A DNA stretch of 64,000 bases from Octopus vulgaris (GCA_951406725.2 OX597832.1:60264001-60328000); one strand, 5' to 3'; counted from the stretch's first letter, positions 13,315-31,178 are shown. Notes: generated by a model not told the origin, from the letters alone. Numbers and translations are program-made.

Positions 13315-13641
13315 TGTAGTAGTGGTGACAGTCATGCTTCACAATTTTTGACTGTAGCAAGATGATTGCTTCTGTGCTATAAATACAGCTGGGTAGGCTC
13401 CAGAGTGCTAGGTTTTGCAAACTGTATTCTGACCAATCAGTGTGTAGTATCACTCAATTACTTAAGCTAATTGGTTGGTTGAGCTGATTGGTTTAGGCAT
13501 CACGCTTTGTTGGACATGTCAAGAGTCCTGTATCTTGACCCTGGCCGAAGCAGCAATTGTTGGGTTATTTTTAGAAATGTTGTAAATATCTTTTGTCAGA
13601 GATTTTTATATTTTTATATTTCAATTGTCATCATCATCATT

Positions 13642-14583
<942 letters not shown>

Positions 14584-15396
14584 TGGCCCAGGAAGAATTG
14601 CAATCCCTGAGTCAAAATCAGTGCGTGACCTGGGCATTGACATGAGCAATGATGCATCTTTCCAAATGCATATTGCTAATCTGGTGATAAAATGCAGACG
14701 GCTAGCTGGATGGATTCTCCGAACTTTCAGAACAAGAGAGAAGGAGACACTGATGGTCCTATGGAAAACATTTGTCCTCAGCCGCTTGGACTACTGCTCC
14801 CAACTTTGGTCACCACACAATATAAAACAAACAGCAGAACTCGAAGCAACTCAGAGAAGCTACACAAAGAAAATCGTCTCAATGCAAAATGTCAGCTACT
14901 GGGAAAGACTGAAGGTATTAAACCTCTTCTCCCTGGAGCGGAGGCGGAGAGATATGCAGTGATATACATCTGGAAAATCCTGGAGGGTCTTGTCCCAAAC
15001 TTTGGCATTCAAAGTTACTCCAACCGCAGAACGGGCGCCGCTGCGTGGTGCCAAGGATTCCAACATCACCATCAAAATACAGGTCCAGATACTGCAACAG
15101 CTTGGGTTTCAGAGGACCACAGCTCTTTAACATCCTCCCTAAATGCCTGAGAGACTTACATGGTGTGGATGTGGGTTTCTTTAAAGCTAAACTGGATCTC
15201 TTCTTGTTGGGAGTCCCAGATGAACCTACCTCACGACAGGAGACACGGATGCGGGCAGCAGCATCGAACTCCCTTGTTGATCAAGTGCCACGTATCAGAG
15301 GTGGATTCACAAACTAGTGTAGCTCATTCAGCGGTGGTGCCCCAGCATGGCCGCGGCCTTCGGGCTAAAACATTTTTAAGGATTTAAGGATTTAAG
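14584..15396 (+). mobile_element. 5'-truncated CR1-group LINE (ORF2 C-terminus, frameshifted) with 3' (gatttaag)n tail
   Basis: VRDLGI, LDYCSQLWSP, LEATQR, SYWERLKVLNLFSLERRR, FKAKLDLFL motifs across three frames; short 3'UTR and tandem octamer tail. Confidence 0.9.
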
Positions 15397-15493
15397 TATA
15401 GATGTATAAATATTTATAAATTGATAGATTGCAGTACAAATCGACAGAGAAAATGTCTGTCAGTTTGAACTGAGAGACAAAGAGAGAGAGAGA

Positions 15494-15542
<49 letters not shown>

Positions 15543-15889
15543 AGAAAATAGGAAATATTATTTGAAAAGAGATTTTTTAAAAACTTATGAAGTTATAAAT
15601 TTCATTTTTTGTCAACAAGTTCTTTCAGCGAAATTAGGTTGTCTGATCAGAGCCCGTACAGAGCAAAACACATTTATCGATCGAGAATGGCTTTTACTTC
15701 TGTGTAATATGTAATATTAATTTCAAAGTCTATTCCGTATTGAGTTCTCTAATTTTTTAGACTTGCTTCTTATTCTTAATTAACCATTCAAACAAACATG
15801 CAAACACAAATTTCTATGCATGTTTGTATGTAAGTATACACACATTTCTACATGCATACATATGTGTATGTATACATACATATAAATGT

Positions 15890-16218
<329 letters not shown>

Positions 16219-16530
16219 ATATAATATATAATATACATATATATATATATATATATATAAAATAATATAACATAATATAATATATAATATATAATATAAT
16301 ATAATATAATATAATATATAATATATATAATATAATATAAGATATAATATATATAATATAATATAATGTATATATATATATCTTAGACACGCTGTATAGG
16401 TGGAATTCTTATTGTTCGTACACACACACTCTCGCACACATCCCCACTCACACACACGCACATACGTACAGATATAGATACATGTATATATGTATGTGTG
16501 TGTATATATGTATATATATATATGTGTGTG

Positions 16531-16590
<60 letters not shown>

Positions 16591-16683
16591 AAGACACATG
16601 CACACGCACACGTCGACACACACAGTTACAGATGCACATATACATATATACATACACCTGCTTACATGTCTGTCTGACTGTGC

Positions 16684-16762
<79 letters not shown>

Positions 16763-17198
16763 CCGCCTGCGTGGTATGCTTGTTGTTGCCTGGTATTGTG
16801 ATTACACGTATATACAGAACATGCCTGAGCGTCTGGAGCAAAAGAGGTAAGTCAACGGTAACCCAAGATGAAGAGCCTATCACGTGACTAACACACGTAT
16901 TTCAAAAACAGCCCAAGCTATCTGATTGCATCAAGCATCTCGGTAGGAGTAATTACTTTCGCAGACACAACACCTTTGTTATTGTTGTTGTTGCTGGTGG
17001 TGGTGGTGGTGGTGGTGGTGGTGGTGGTGGTGGTGGTGGTGGTGGTGGTGGTGGTGGTGGTGGTGGTGGCAGTGGTGGTATTATTGCAGATATTGTTGTT
17101 GCGGCGGATCTCATCTTATCATTACAATTACTGCTCCCCACAAGTTCTTTGTTAATTTCTTTTACCTCTCGTTATTATTATTAGTAGTAGTAGTAGTG

Positions 17199-17259
<61 letters not shown>

Positions 17260-17620
17260 CAGCAGCAGCAGCACCAGCAGCAGCAGCAGTAGCAGCAGCA
17301 GCAGTAGTAGTAGTAGTAGTAGTAGTAGTAGAACTGAGGGCGTTGAACTTCGCAACATTACCAAAATCTGAAAACCGTCAGTACTGGAAATTATTATTCT
17401 CAGAATTTACCTGTGGAGAACAGCTCCTCTTTTGAGGATTCTTTTTATTTATATTTTTCCTGAATTCTATTTTTATATCCTTTGTTATACCCTTTTCGCC
17501 GCCGTTTCCTCTTTTTCATCGACGTAAACCCCATTTTTAATACGTTGTATTCTGTCTTTTGATGTAATCTTCAAAGTGTTGGGCCCTTGTGGACAATAAA
17601 AGAAATTATTATTATTATTA

Positions 17621-18671
<1,051 letters not shown>

Positions 18672-18676
18672 CATGT

Positions 18677-19055
18677 AAGGCGGCGAGCTGGGAGAAACGC
18701 TTTGCAGTATTTCGTCTGTCGCTACGTTCTGAGTTCAAATTCAGCCGAAGACGACTTTGCCTTTCATCCTTTCTGGGTCGATTAAGTAAGTACCAGTTAC
18801 ATGCTGGGGTCAATACAATCGACTTAATCCCTTTATCTGTCCTTGTTTATCCTCTCTGTGTTTAGCCCCTTGAGGGTAGTGAAGAAATAGGTATTTCGTC
18901 TGCCGCTACGTTCTGAGTTCAAATTCCGCCGGGGTCGACTTTGCCTTTCATCCTTTCAGAGTCGATAAATTAAGTACCAGTGAAAAGCTGTGGTCGATGA
19001 AAACGACTATTCCCCTCCTCCAAATTTCAGGTCTTGTGCCTAGAGTAGAAAGGAT
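18677..19055 (+). mobile_element. Two tandem SINE family B copies with different 3' tails
   Basis: aaggcggcgagctgg head, gttctgagttcaaattc B box, gcctttcatcctttc core twice; tails ...tgtttagccccttg and ...gtcttgtgcctagagtagaaagg. Confidence 0.8.
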
Positions 19056-19059
19056 TTGA

Positions 19060-19555
19060 TGAAAACGCTCAGCTTATTTTGCTGGGTATGTGTCAGCTGT
19101 CCAGAGCCAGCAGACTAAGATAACACTTGTTTTACTGGTCATACTTCAAGAACCCTGCGAAGAATTCTTGCAGTTCCAAGCAATGCTGATTTTTGTAAGT
19201 ATTCTTTCTCTAAATTTGTACCAATCTTCTTCAACCATGTTGGTAGTTGAGTGCTGATACTTTCAAGTGCGCCAATTACTATTGGTACCACATCTACTCT
19301 CCTCATTGACCAAAACCTTCGTATTTCCCACTTCAAATCCTCGTAGGTGTTTAGTTTTTCTTCTTCTTTCTCTTTGATCTTGTTGTCACCGGAACATGCT
19401 TTGTCAATTATCATGCATGTTCTTTGTTTTTTTCACCACCACAATATCCGGTTTCTGATATCTGGCCAGGTGATCGCATTGAACCATTGCATCTTACAGG
19501 TTTTTTGCAATCTTCATTCTCGGCAACTCCCTCTGAGGTTTGCACATACCACGTT
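19060..19555 (-). mobile_element. R4/Dong-like LINE 3' fragment
   Basis: ORF 19139-19414 IIDKACSGDNKIKEKEEEKLNTYEDLKWEIRRFW...VVPIVIGAL...LQKSALLGTARILRRVL; upstream QKPDIVVV in another frame; abuts (CAT)n. Confidence 0.85.
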
Positions 19556-19557
19556 TT

Positions 19558-19643
<86 letters not shown>

Positions 19644-19699
19644 TATCATCATTATCATCATCATCACCATTATTATCATTATTATTGTTGTTTTGTTGT

Positions 19700-20125
<426 letters not shown>

Positions 20126-20133
20126 CATCATCA

Positions 20134-20233
<100 letters not shown>

Positions 20234-20253
20234 TGTCGTCGTCGTCATCGTTG

Positions 20254-20290
<37 letters not shown>

Positions 20291-20654
20291 CATCATTATT
20301 ATTATTTTTTATTTTTTTATTATTATTATTATCATTACTATTTATTCTCTTGGATAATTTCATGCCTGTTTCAACTGCGCCACCCGGTGTGCCTCGGTGT
20401 TTTTGATATGCGAGCAACGTTGCGTTATTGTTTACAGAGATTGGTGAATAGAGACTCATTCTGTTGGTGCACCGCACAAGAATGTTTTTCTTATGTGGCT
20501 TCGCGATTTTATTTATTGTGTGGGTGTGTGTGCGTGTCATGTAGGTTATGTTGTTTTAAAGGACCCTAATCTTGTTTGGTATATGTTGCGTGAATCGTCA
20601 TCTTCTACATTTTTAAGTGCTTATTGCAGTGGATGTGTTGCGTTTCATCATCAG

Positions 20655-20700
<46 letters not shown>

Positions 20701-20729
20701 TACATCATCATTATCATCATCATTATCTA

Positions 20730-20766
<37 letters not shown>

Positions 20767-20768
20767 TA

Positions 20769-20818
<50 letters not shown>

Positions 20819-22236
20819 ACTACATCATCATCATCATCATCATCTACAGCATCAGTATCATCATCATCTACAACATCATCGTTGTCGTCCTCATCATCAT
20901 CGTCGTCGTCGTGTTTAAAGCGGCGAATTAGCAAAGTTTATAGAGTGAAAGAATATTTAACGAAAAGAAAAGACCTTTAATTATATTTAATAACCCATCA
21001 TACTAAACGTATATCAAGCTTTGAAAGGCATAATGTAATAAAGGATGGGGTTCTGAGAAAATCTCTTCGTTGAATATCCTGAGTTAAAACCACAGCGTCA
21101 CAGAATATGCCGGAGCGAGACGAACATCATCCTAGCAATGGCAGACGAGGACGCCAATCGCATTTCGGCCTCTTTTGGCTCTGTCAATGTCGTATGCTTG
21201 CTAGTGGCATGATTAGATGAAATGTGTGTACCCTCCGATATAAAAGAAACAGTGAGTAATACATTCACTGATACTGCGTAAAACCTGCTGAGTTGAATAA
21301 AAACTCAGAGTACGAAATTGAAAAGTATTAAGATATTATTTAATGAAGTAGTTATTGGAGAAAAAAACCAACTCTCATGACTTCTTTTTTGCGCGTTCAC
21401 CGAGGCTGATGAGGAAAGTGAGAAGAATACACACTATGTAACTTTTCTTCATTCAAGATATCTTCTCTGGATGCTTGCAAGTGAAATACATACTGATAAC
21501 AGTGTGTATTAGGGCTACAAATCCAAAGGTAATTAATCCAAGAATTGTAATTTCGGGTTAGTATCATTTGTAATCGTCTGACTTCAGACAAAATCACGAA
21601 ATCAATTTGCTTTCAACAACGAGAAAGGAAATTACGATTATGAGAATATCAACTAAACATAAGACACATATAATAAAGAGAAAATGTATAAGTTGTGTAG
21701 GAGTAGAAAGTTAGCAGCAAATTACAGTACATCAAAAATAATTCAAACCATTCTCCAACAATTTTAAGAAACCTTATTCCTAACATTACTCAACGCACAT
21801 CGCTCATATCTTCGGACGAGGCCTCTTCAAGAGCGTAGCACACCGTGATAACAAAGCATTGTGAAATAGTTTTACAAACTTAAAGAGAATAACGAGGTTT
21901 TAGAAGATAAAATAAATGGAAATATCTGTGGTATAATCCACCGTGTAGTTTTAAAATCAATTTAGATATCACACACATTTTAAATTTATTTACTTTCTAT
22001 TCTCCATTAAATCACAAATATCATAAACTCCTTAATAAACAATAATATACAATTATCTTTACAAAGAATATCACTAAATTCACAACCAGAAAACTATCCA
22101 ACACAATATTACAATAATTCACGTTAATTCTGAGGGATGTAGGTAAATTATCCGGTTGGTATATTTTAATGTCTTTTGATTGTCACTACAGTATTGTCCC
22201 CTATATGACAGCCCTGGTGGCCAATAAATGAAATTA

Positions 22237-22346
<110 letters not shown>

Positions 22347-22387
22347 CATCATCGTCATTGTCGTCGTCGTCTTCATCGCCGTTGTTA

Positions 22388-22565
22388 AAGCGGCGAGTTG
22401 GCAGAATCGTTAGCACGCTGGACGAAATGTTTCGCGGTGTTTTGCCCGTCACTGCGTTCTGAGTTCAAATTCCGCCGAGGTCGACTTTGCCTTTCATCCT
22501 TCCGGGGTCGATAAATTAAGTACCATTTGTGTACTGGGGTCGATGTAATCGACTTAAACACCCCC
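22388..22565 (+). mobile_element. SINE family B
   Basis: gcggcgagttggcagaatcgttagc...gagttcaaattccgccgaggtcgactttgcctttcatccttccggggtcgataaattaagtacc. Confidence 0.85.
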
Positions 22566-24504
22566 TTAACGTTACTATTATTGTTACTACAACTACTAAT
22601 ACTACTACTACTATTATCACCACCATTATTATTATTTTTCTATAAGTTCCTTTTATGACGTTAAAGCAAAAAAAGGGACAGTCGCATATTTTAAATAATA
22701 ACTTACTGTTATATTCCATCTTCCAATGTGTTCACGACGTTGAACAATCCAGCCTGAAGCAAACTGATGGTAGACTGTTAAATGTTGATATAATAAACAC
22801 ACACACAAACACACACACACACACACACGTATATATAATGCACAAACAATACTAAAATAAAAAAGACAAGGCACAACCCTAACACACTACCCATAGCCTT
22901 TCATCAGCCATTGACTGAGGCTGAAAGTGATTTCGACGCATTACTCAACAAAATTGCATATTAGCATCAGCGCACCTGAGTTTGTCTTTTTAATTTTTTT
23001 TTTATCTCGTCATGACATGACGACAACAATTATACAGTATAAAAATCGGGAACTTAACTCTTAAAGCTAAGACGGACAGAACACAGCACGAAATAACGGA
23101 AGATATCAACAACGAGGCTTTGCGGCAAGATTTCCAAAATGGTGTTACGGGTATATATCATGAAACTAAAAATAGGTTCAGTTCTGTAAGGAAATAGCTT
23201 ATCACAGTGCTTTTTAAATGCAACGGTGCCAAGTCCACCAGTGGACTACCAAGACTTATTGGTAGAGACCGCAATTATTCATTCTGTTCGTCTTACGCAA
23301 TTTCTCTATCTCTTCTTATTTACGGTCATGTCAGAATTATAATGGCATACTTGTAGGATTTGGAGCTGCTTTTGGTGATGATTTTTGGAGGAAAGGAAGA
23401 TTGAAAGTGCAGCTGAATAGGAAGCAATGCACCAAAATACTGTAACGATTGGATACTATCAGTATATTTGCAGTAACGTTGATATCGCCGTAACTTACTA
23501 ATTGACACAGCAAATATCCGTTCTGCTCATTTCTGTCTTCCCCTTCTTTCTGTATTTACTGTTATATCAGAGTTGTTAGAGCAGCCCACGTAACAGTTTG
23601 CATGGCTTTTGACACTGGTGATTCATGGAAGGAAAAAATAAAGTGCAACTGAATAGGAAGCAATGAATCAAAATATTATAATGTTCTCAGTGCCACCCTA
23701 ACCCGAACCCCGAGACATATATGGTATTGTTATGTTGCAGAACTCTGTAGCTTAGCAGCCCAAGAACATGTATACGCCGTTGGGCTTTTACAAAAGTTTC
23801 TGTAGAATTTCCCTTCCAACGTTGATAGATCAAAAACATGAAGAATACGACAGAATGGGAATGAGCTCAGAACCACGTGATTACGAAGCAACTTGATAGA
23901 TATATTTTTCTTGGGCCATAGGATTCATCAGACTGGTTTGGTTACCAGCTTTACATGGAGTACTCGTGATCGAGATCGCAACGATTCCATCAACGGCACG
24001 CTGGCTCGTTGCAAGGTTCAAGGCGAGCAGTTTTGAAAGAAGAGGCAAAGTCGATTACATCGACCACGTTATTTGACTGGCAATTTATTTTATCGAAACT
24101 AAAGAGTTAAAAAACAAAGTTGATTTTGACAGAATTTGAACTTAGAACGTAAAGAGCAGGAAGAAACACGTCTAACGATTCTCCCAACTCGCCGGGAAGA
24201 ATACGGCGTCGCAATATGGTGGGTATCTGTTTATCATTTTTTAGAGCTAACAGAGTTTTGCTTATGTTTTTTTTCCATTTGTGTGTGTGGAGGGTTATAT
24301 TGTTGACTAAAGATCCACAAGCTTAATGGCGGACATTGATTAATGCATGAAACATAGATAAAATAAAGTAATAAAATAACTAAATAATACACAAAAGCAA
24401 TATGCGAAAAAATTAGGATATAACAATTATATACATGTATATATATATATATACACATTCATATTTATATCGTATTTATATATATATATATATATATATA
24501 TTAA

Positions 24505-24613
<109 letters not shown>

Positions 24614-25444
24614 GAATGTATGTATGCATATATACATATATATACGTTCTTATATATATACATATATCAATGTTCTTAAGGTGTGTACGTGTGTATTTAT
24701 CTATATGTATATTTATGTATGAACGTATATATGAATGTATGTATATATATGCACATATAACAATACAATACATATATACTGACATAAACATACATATATA
24801 TACTATGTATATGTATTAGTACAAATGTACGAGAGTATGTATATATATATGTGTGTGTGTTTGTGTGCATATACATATATATTTGCGCATTTATATTTAT
24901 ATATGGAAGAATAGATCGCGAGGAGTGGAATATATTTCTCATACACCAATTGTTCATATCAAAGTTTTTACTAAAGGGAATAGAAATATGATAAGCATAC
25001 GAACTAATGATTAATGGTGTGTGACGTCTTCTCCTCACACAAGGGAGACAAACCGGACATCAAACTCAATATTTTATACATGTATATCATTGTTTCTTTG
25101 TCTACGATGCGGTACATACACAAATACGTATTCACTCGTTCACATGTAGAAATACCAGCATACACTTACGTGTTTGAGCATATGTCTATGAATATATGTA
25201 TGAGATAATTCATCAACATGTGTAAATATATATATATATAGGTAGATATGTGGATGTATGTATGTATGTGTGTGTATATGTGTGAGTGTTTGTATGCGTG
25301 TGAGTATAACATACATACATTCAAATATACATTGATAAGGACAAAAAACAATAAGTATTTTTACTACTTAGCACATATAAAGTTCATGCTCAACACACCA
25401 AATATTGTTTCATATATGCGTATACATACACGCACATATATACT

Positions 25445-25517
<73 letters not shown>

Positions 25518-25817
25518 ATACATATATATATATTTATATATATAAACATTTATATATATATGAATGTATGCATCCTATAGGTATGTGTGTATGCATCTAT
25601 ATATGTGTGTGTATGACCATACAGCTATATAAATGCATTCATACACAGATAATATGCCTATGTGTATGCGTGTGTGTTCGCGCATGCGTATGGAAAAGGG
25701 TGCTTGATTGCGCATGCATCTTTGTAGGTAGGCATATTTATGTGTGTTTATGCATACGTATATACATACAAATTCATTTACGCAAGTACTATATCATTTT
25801 ATATACATATATATCAA

Positions 25818-25864
<47 letters not shown>

Positions 25865-25865
25865 A

Positions 25866-25895
<30 letters not shown>

Positions 25896-25896
<1 letters not shown>

Positions 25897-26121
25897 TCTT
25901 TTATTCTCTCTTTACTCTTTTACTTGTTTCAGTCATATGACTATGGCCATACTAGAGCAGCGGCTTTAGTCGAGCAAATCGCCCCCAGGACTTATTCTTT
26001 GTAAGCCTAGAACATATTCTATCGGTCCATTTTGCCGAACCGCTAAGTTACGGGGACGTAAACACACCAGCATCGGTTGTCAAGCGATGTTGGGGGGACA
26101 AACATAGACACACAAACATAT

Positions 26122-26182
<61 letters not shown>

Positions 26183-26345
26183 CATATATACGACGGGATT
26201 CTTTCAGTTTCCGTCTACCAAATCCACTCACAGGGCTTTGGTCCGTCCGAAGGCTATAGTAGAAGACACTTGCCCAAGGTGCCACACAGTGGGACTGAAC
26301 CAGGAACCATGTGGTTGGTAAGCAAGCTACTTATCACACAGCCAC
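25896..26345 (-). mobile_element. SINE family A, near full length
   Basis: Colinear with 1916-2332. Confidence 0.9.
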
Positions 26346-26689
26346 ATATATATATATATATAATTATGCACCTACATATATTTGCATGTTTATATATTTG
26401 CATAAAGACATGCATACATACAAGTGTGTGTGTGCTTCCCTCTTGTGCACATGTGCGTATGTACAAGTCTATATATATATATATATACATTACATATACA
26501 TTATATGTATATATCCACACGCACATACACGATCTCACATACATACGCACGCGCAACTTCGTTTTGAGATCATCGCTACTTTATTATCTGCCCTTCTTTA
26601 TCTGTCCGGCATTCGCTATGATTGATCGCTAGCCACTAAACCTTTTTCATTTCTCTTCCCGTTTATTTCTGTGTTCCTTTTTGTTATGC

Positions 26690-26944
<255 letters not shown>

Positions 26945-27044
26945 TATGCCGTGATTTCATTTGAATTAGCTTCACGAAAATAGTTTCGGTTTACGAACAT
27001 TTCAGATGACGAACGGCCTTCAAGAACAAATTTTATTCGTAAAT

Positions 27045-27240
27045 CGAGGTTCGTTAGCATGCTGAGCACAATGCTCAGCGGCATTTCATTCGCCTTTACG
27101 ATCTGAGTTCAAATTCCGCCGTGGCTGATTATGTCTTTTGGGGTCGAAAAAATAAGTGCCAGGTTAGCACGGGGGTCAATGTAATCGACTTAGCCCACTC
27201 CATCAAAATTGCTGGACTTAAGCCAACATTTGAAATCATT
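27045..27240 (+). mobile_element. SINE family B, degenerate
   Basis: cgttagcatgctgagcacaatgctcagcggcatttc...gagttcaaattccgccg. Confidence 0.65.
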
Positions 27241-27358
27241 ATTGTTATTGTTGTTGAGGCTGTTGTTGATGATGATAAAGTGGTGGTGGTGGTGGTGGTG
27301 GTGATGGTGGTTGTGGTGATGGTAGTGGTGGTTCTTGCTCTTTTATTGCTGTTGATGT

Positions 27359-27395
<37 letters not shown>

Positions 27396-28384
27396 AGTGG
27401 TGGTGATGGTGATAGTTGTAGTAGTAGTAGTGGTGGTGGTGATGGTCGTGCTAGTAGTAGTGGTGATGGTGGTGGTGGTGGTGGTGGTCGTCGTCGTCGT
27501 CGTCGTCGTAGTAGTAGTAGTAGTAGTACTAGTAGTAATAGTGGTGGTGGTGGGAGTAGTGCTGCTAAGTAACTCAAACGACAAACGCAAACACCACATA
27601 CACACACACACACACACATGAGCTACCCCCCTCCCTTATGTTGACGGGAAATTGTTAATGGTTTATACAAAAGTACCACACTTCAACTTCAAGGTACTTA
27701 AACCAACTGAGTCACTGCAAAATTTATATGATGATACTGATGATGATGATGATGTAGTTTGACCACGCGCTTTCATCCGGTTCATCATCATTGTCATGAT
27801 CCTCATCATCGTTGTCGTCATCGTCATCATCATCATCATCACCAATAGCAGCAGCAGTAGCAACATCACAATCATTATCATCATTATCATCAATTTCATC
27901 ATCATAGTGATCGTCATAATCATTATCACTTTCATCCACTCATTATCACTTTCATCATTTGTATGTATATGTGTGTATGTTTGTGTGTGCTTGTGTGTGT
28001 GTGTGCGTGTGTATGTGCAAAGGGTGTCAATAAATGGCATTTCCAGTTTGAAAAATTCATGAAAATTGGAACATAGAGTTACCTCAATAGAGTTTATCGG
28101 GAAACAAAGTTTTGTTCGAAATATCAGATTCTTTAATAGAGGTAAAAATACAATTTTGGTCAGTTTGGGGGTGGGTGGGAGGGTAGAAAACATGAAACGA
28201 AAAGAACAATTAATTCTGAGATCAACTGAGTTACCTCCGCTTGAACGATTTTGACTCTGCAATGGATGAATTTGTATCTGTTTTCTCGTTCCCTAGCCCA
28301 AAAACATTTCCAAAGCAAATTTTCTGTCATGAAAGCACCGACCAAAAATTTCACTTCGGTGCCGTCATGATTCACATATATGCA

Positions 28385-28451
<67 letters not shown>

Positions 28452-28458
<7 letters not shown>

Positions 28459-28565
28459 ATCACGTGACCGACCAGGCCATCAGATGTTATTACACATCGC
28501 TGGTCACAATGCGTTCGCATTGTTTTAGCCTTCGAATGACGCCACCCCGCTGGCTAAGCGAGCAG

Positions 28566-28568
<3 letters not shown>
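28452..28568 (-). mobile_element. SINE family D 3' fragment
   Basis: tcacgtgatcacgtgaccgaccaggcc... matches the family D tail. Confidence 0.8.
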
Positions 28569-28645
<77 letters not shown>

Positions 28646-29209
28646 AGTAGATAGATAGAGAGACAGAGAGAGAGAGAGAGATAGGCATAACACACACTCA
28701 CACACAAGCATACACGCATAGGCACGCACACACAAATGCTTACATGTATAAATATATATGTATATGTATGTATATATTGTTCATATCCACTTCAATATGG
28801 CTGCCCGTTCGAACGGACTTTACTTCTCCAAGAGAAGATGTCCTCTTGGGGTTAAAAAATCACAGTTAAAGTCAGTTCGGACAGATAGCCATGTTGAAGT
28901 GGATACGAACATTACTTGTTAGTATAAATACTGCGTTGATCTCTTAGAGAGATTTTAGAAATGGCATTTTTAATTATATATGTGTGTGTGTGTATGTGTG
29001 TGTGCGTGTGTTTATTGGTTTCATCTACATTAAAAACCAAACAAAGAAAATTCCAATGACTTACAAAAATTTCTATCATTTCCTTCGTTCTTAAAAGTAG
29101 GAAATGATACGAAGTTTGTTTGTCATTGTGTCTCACCACCGATTACTATGCGGTGGTAGAAGACAAATACAAACAAAAACATAAACACACACACACATGC
29201 ATATATATA

Positions 29210-29276
<67 letters not shown>

Positions 29277-29277
<1 letters not shown>

Positions 29278-29486
29278 CTTTTACTCTTTTACTTGTTTCA
29301 GTCATTTGACTGCGGCCATGCTGGAGCACCGCCTTTAATCGAGCAACTCGACCCCGGGACTTATTCTTTTTGTAAGCCCAGTACTTACTCTATCGGTCTC
29401 TTTTGCTGAACCGCTAAGTAACGGGGACATAAGCACACCAGCATCGGTTGTCAAGCAATGCTAGGGGGACAAACACAGACACACAA

Positions 29487-29525
<39 letters not shown>

Positions 29526-29613
29526 TACGACAGGCTTCTTTCAGTTTCCGTCTACCAAATCCACTCACAAGGCTTTGGTCGGCCCGAGGCTATAGTAGAA
29601 GACACTTGCCCAA
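29277..29613 (-). mobile_element. SINE family A, 5'-truncated
   Basis: Colinear with 1916-2255. Confidence 0.85.
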
Positions 29614-29618
29614 GACGC

Positions 29619-29655
<37 letters not shown>

Positions 29656-29674
29656 GCACACACGCACACCCGTA

Positions 29675-29707
<33 letters not shown>

Positions 29708-29714
29708 TATGTAC

Positions 29715-30095
29715 ATTCTTTTATCCTTTTACTTGTTTTAGCCATTTGAATGCTGTCATGCTGGAGCACTGCTTGAAAGATTTTTAATCGAGCAAATCGA
29801 CCCTAGGACTTATTTTAAGGCCTTCTACTTATTCTGTCGGTGTCTTTTGTCGAACCGTTAAGTAACGGGGACGTAAACACGCCAATATCGGTGATGAGGG
29901 GACAGACACAGATACAAAGACACCGATATTGGCATGTTTACGTCCCCGTTACTTAACGGTTCGACAAAAGACACCGATAGAATAAGCAGTAGGTCTTAAG
30001 TCCTAGGGTCGATTTGCTCGACTAAAAATCTTTCAAAGCATTGCTCCAGCATGACCGCATTCAAATGGCTTAAACAAGTAAAAGGATAAAAGAAT
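29715..30095. repeat. Fold-back inverted repeat of an old SINE A 3' half (arms 29715-29893 and 29921-30095, 27-bp spacer)
   Basis: Arms are reverse complements sharing copy-specific substitutions. Confidence 0.9.
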
Positions 30096-30118
30096 ATGCA
30101 TGTGTGTGTGTGTATGTG

Positions 30119-30163
<45 letters not shown>

Positions 30164-30272
30164 CCGAAGCTATAATGCAAAACACTTCTCTAAAGTGCCA
30201 CGGAGTAGTACTGAAACCCACAACCAAGCTTCTTACCACACAGTCACGCTTGCACCTATGGGCCGTGTGCAT

Positions 30273-30380
<108 letters not shown>

Positions 30381-30408
30381 TGTATGTATGTATGTGTGTA
30401 TATATATT

Positions 30409-30440
<32 letters not shown>

Positions 30441-30875
30441 TACCCATACATACATACATACATACATACATAACATAACATAAATTAGGCTCGAAACGTA
30501 AAAGACTTTCTTACATTCCCGAGTGTCAAAATAACACACCTGCTTGTTTATACACCTGTCTTCGTCTTTTATTTTTCTGTAAATTTCAACTATATATATG
30601 TGTGTGTGTGCGCGTGCGCGCCCTTTTGTGTGTGCGTGTCTGTATATATGTATATATATATATATATATATAATGAATACATATGCATGTGAATATATCG
30701 ATACAGCATAATATATTTGCCGATATCTATATGTCAGTTGCTTTGTTATCTCCTTTTGTGTGTGTGCGCGCGCGCGCGTTTGTGTGCATGTGTGTATAGA
30801 TATGTGAGAGCACACATTGCTCAGTACACTGCTCTAAACGCTCATTTATTTACATATCTCTATGTACGTATTCGT

Positions 30876-31178
30876 GGAGGCGCAACGGCCCAGTGGTTAG
30901 GGCAGCGGACTCGCGGTCGTAGGATCGCGGTTTCGATTCCCAGACTGGGCGTTGTGAGTGTTTATTGAGCGAAAACACCTTAAAGCTCCACGAGGCTCCG
31001 GCAGGGGGGGGTGATCCCTGCTGTACTCTTTCAGCACTCTTTCTCCCAATCTTTCTTCTGTTGGCCTGCTCGCTTAGCCAGCGGGGTGGCGTCGTTCGAA
31101 GGCTAAAACAATGCGAACGCATTGTGACCAGCGATGTGTAACTACATCTGATAGACTGGTCGGTCATGTGATCACGTG
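30876..31178 (+). mobile_element. SINE family D, full length, with 14-bp target-site duplication
   Basis: tRNA-like head ggcccagtggttagggcagcggactcgcggtcgtaggatcgcggtttcgattccc; TSD atgtacgtattcgt at 30862-30875 and 31179-31192. Confidence 0.92.

Noticed and set aside
21148-21195. Minus-strand ttgacagagcc...ggccGAAAtgcgatt as a U3-A8 hammerhead variant
   Set aside because: Position 9 and stem I do not fit; too weak to call.
30876-30950. Apparent tRNA-Arg gene (also about 45000-45075 and 31203-31260)
   Set aside because: No proper acceptor stem or poly-T terminator; continues into a SINE body with TSD.
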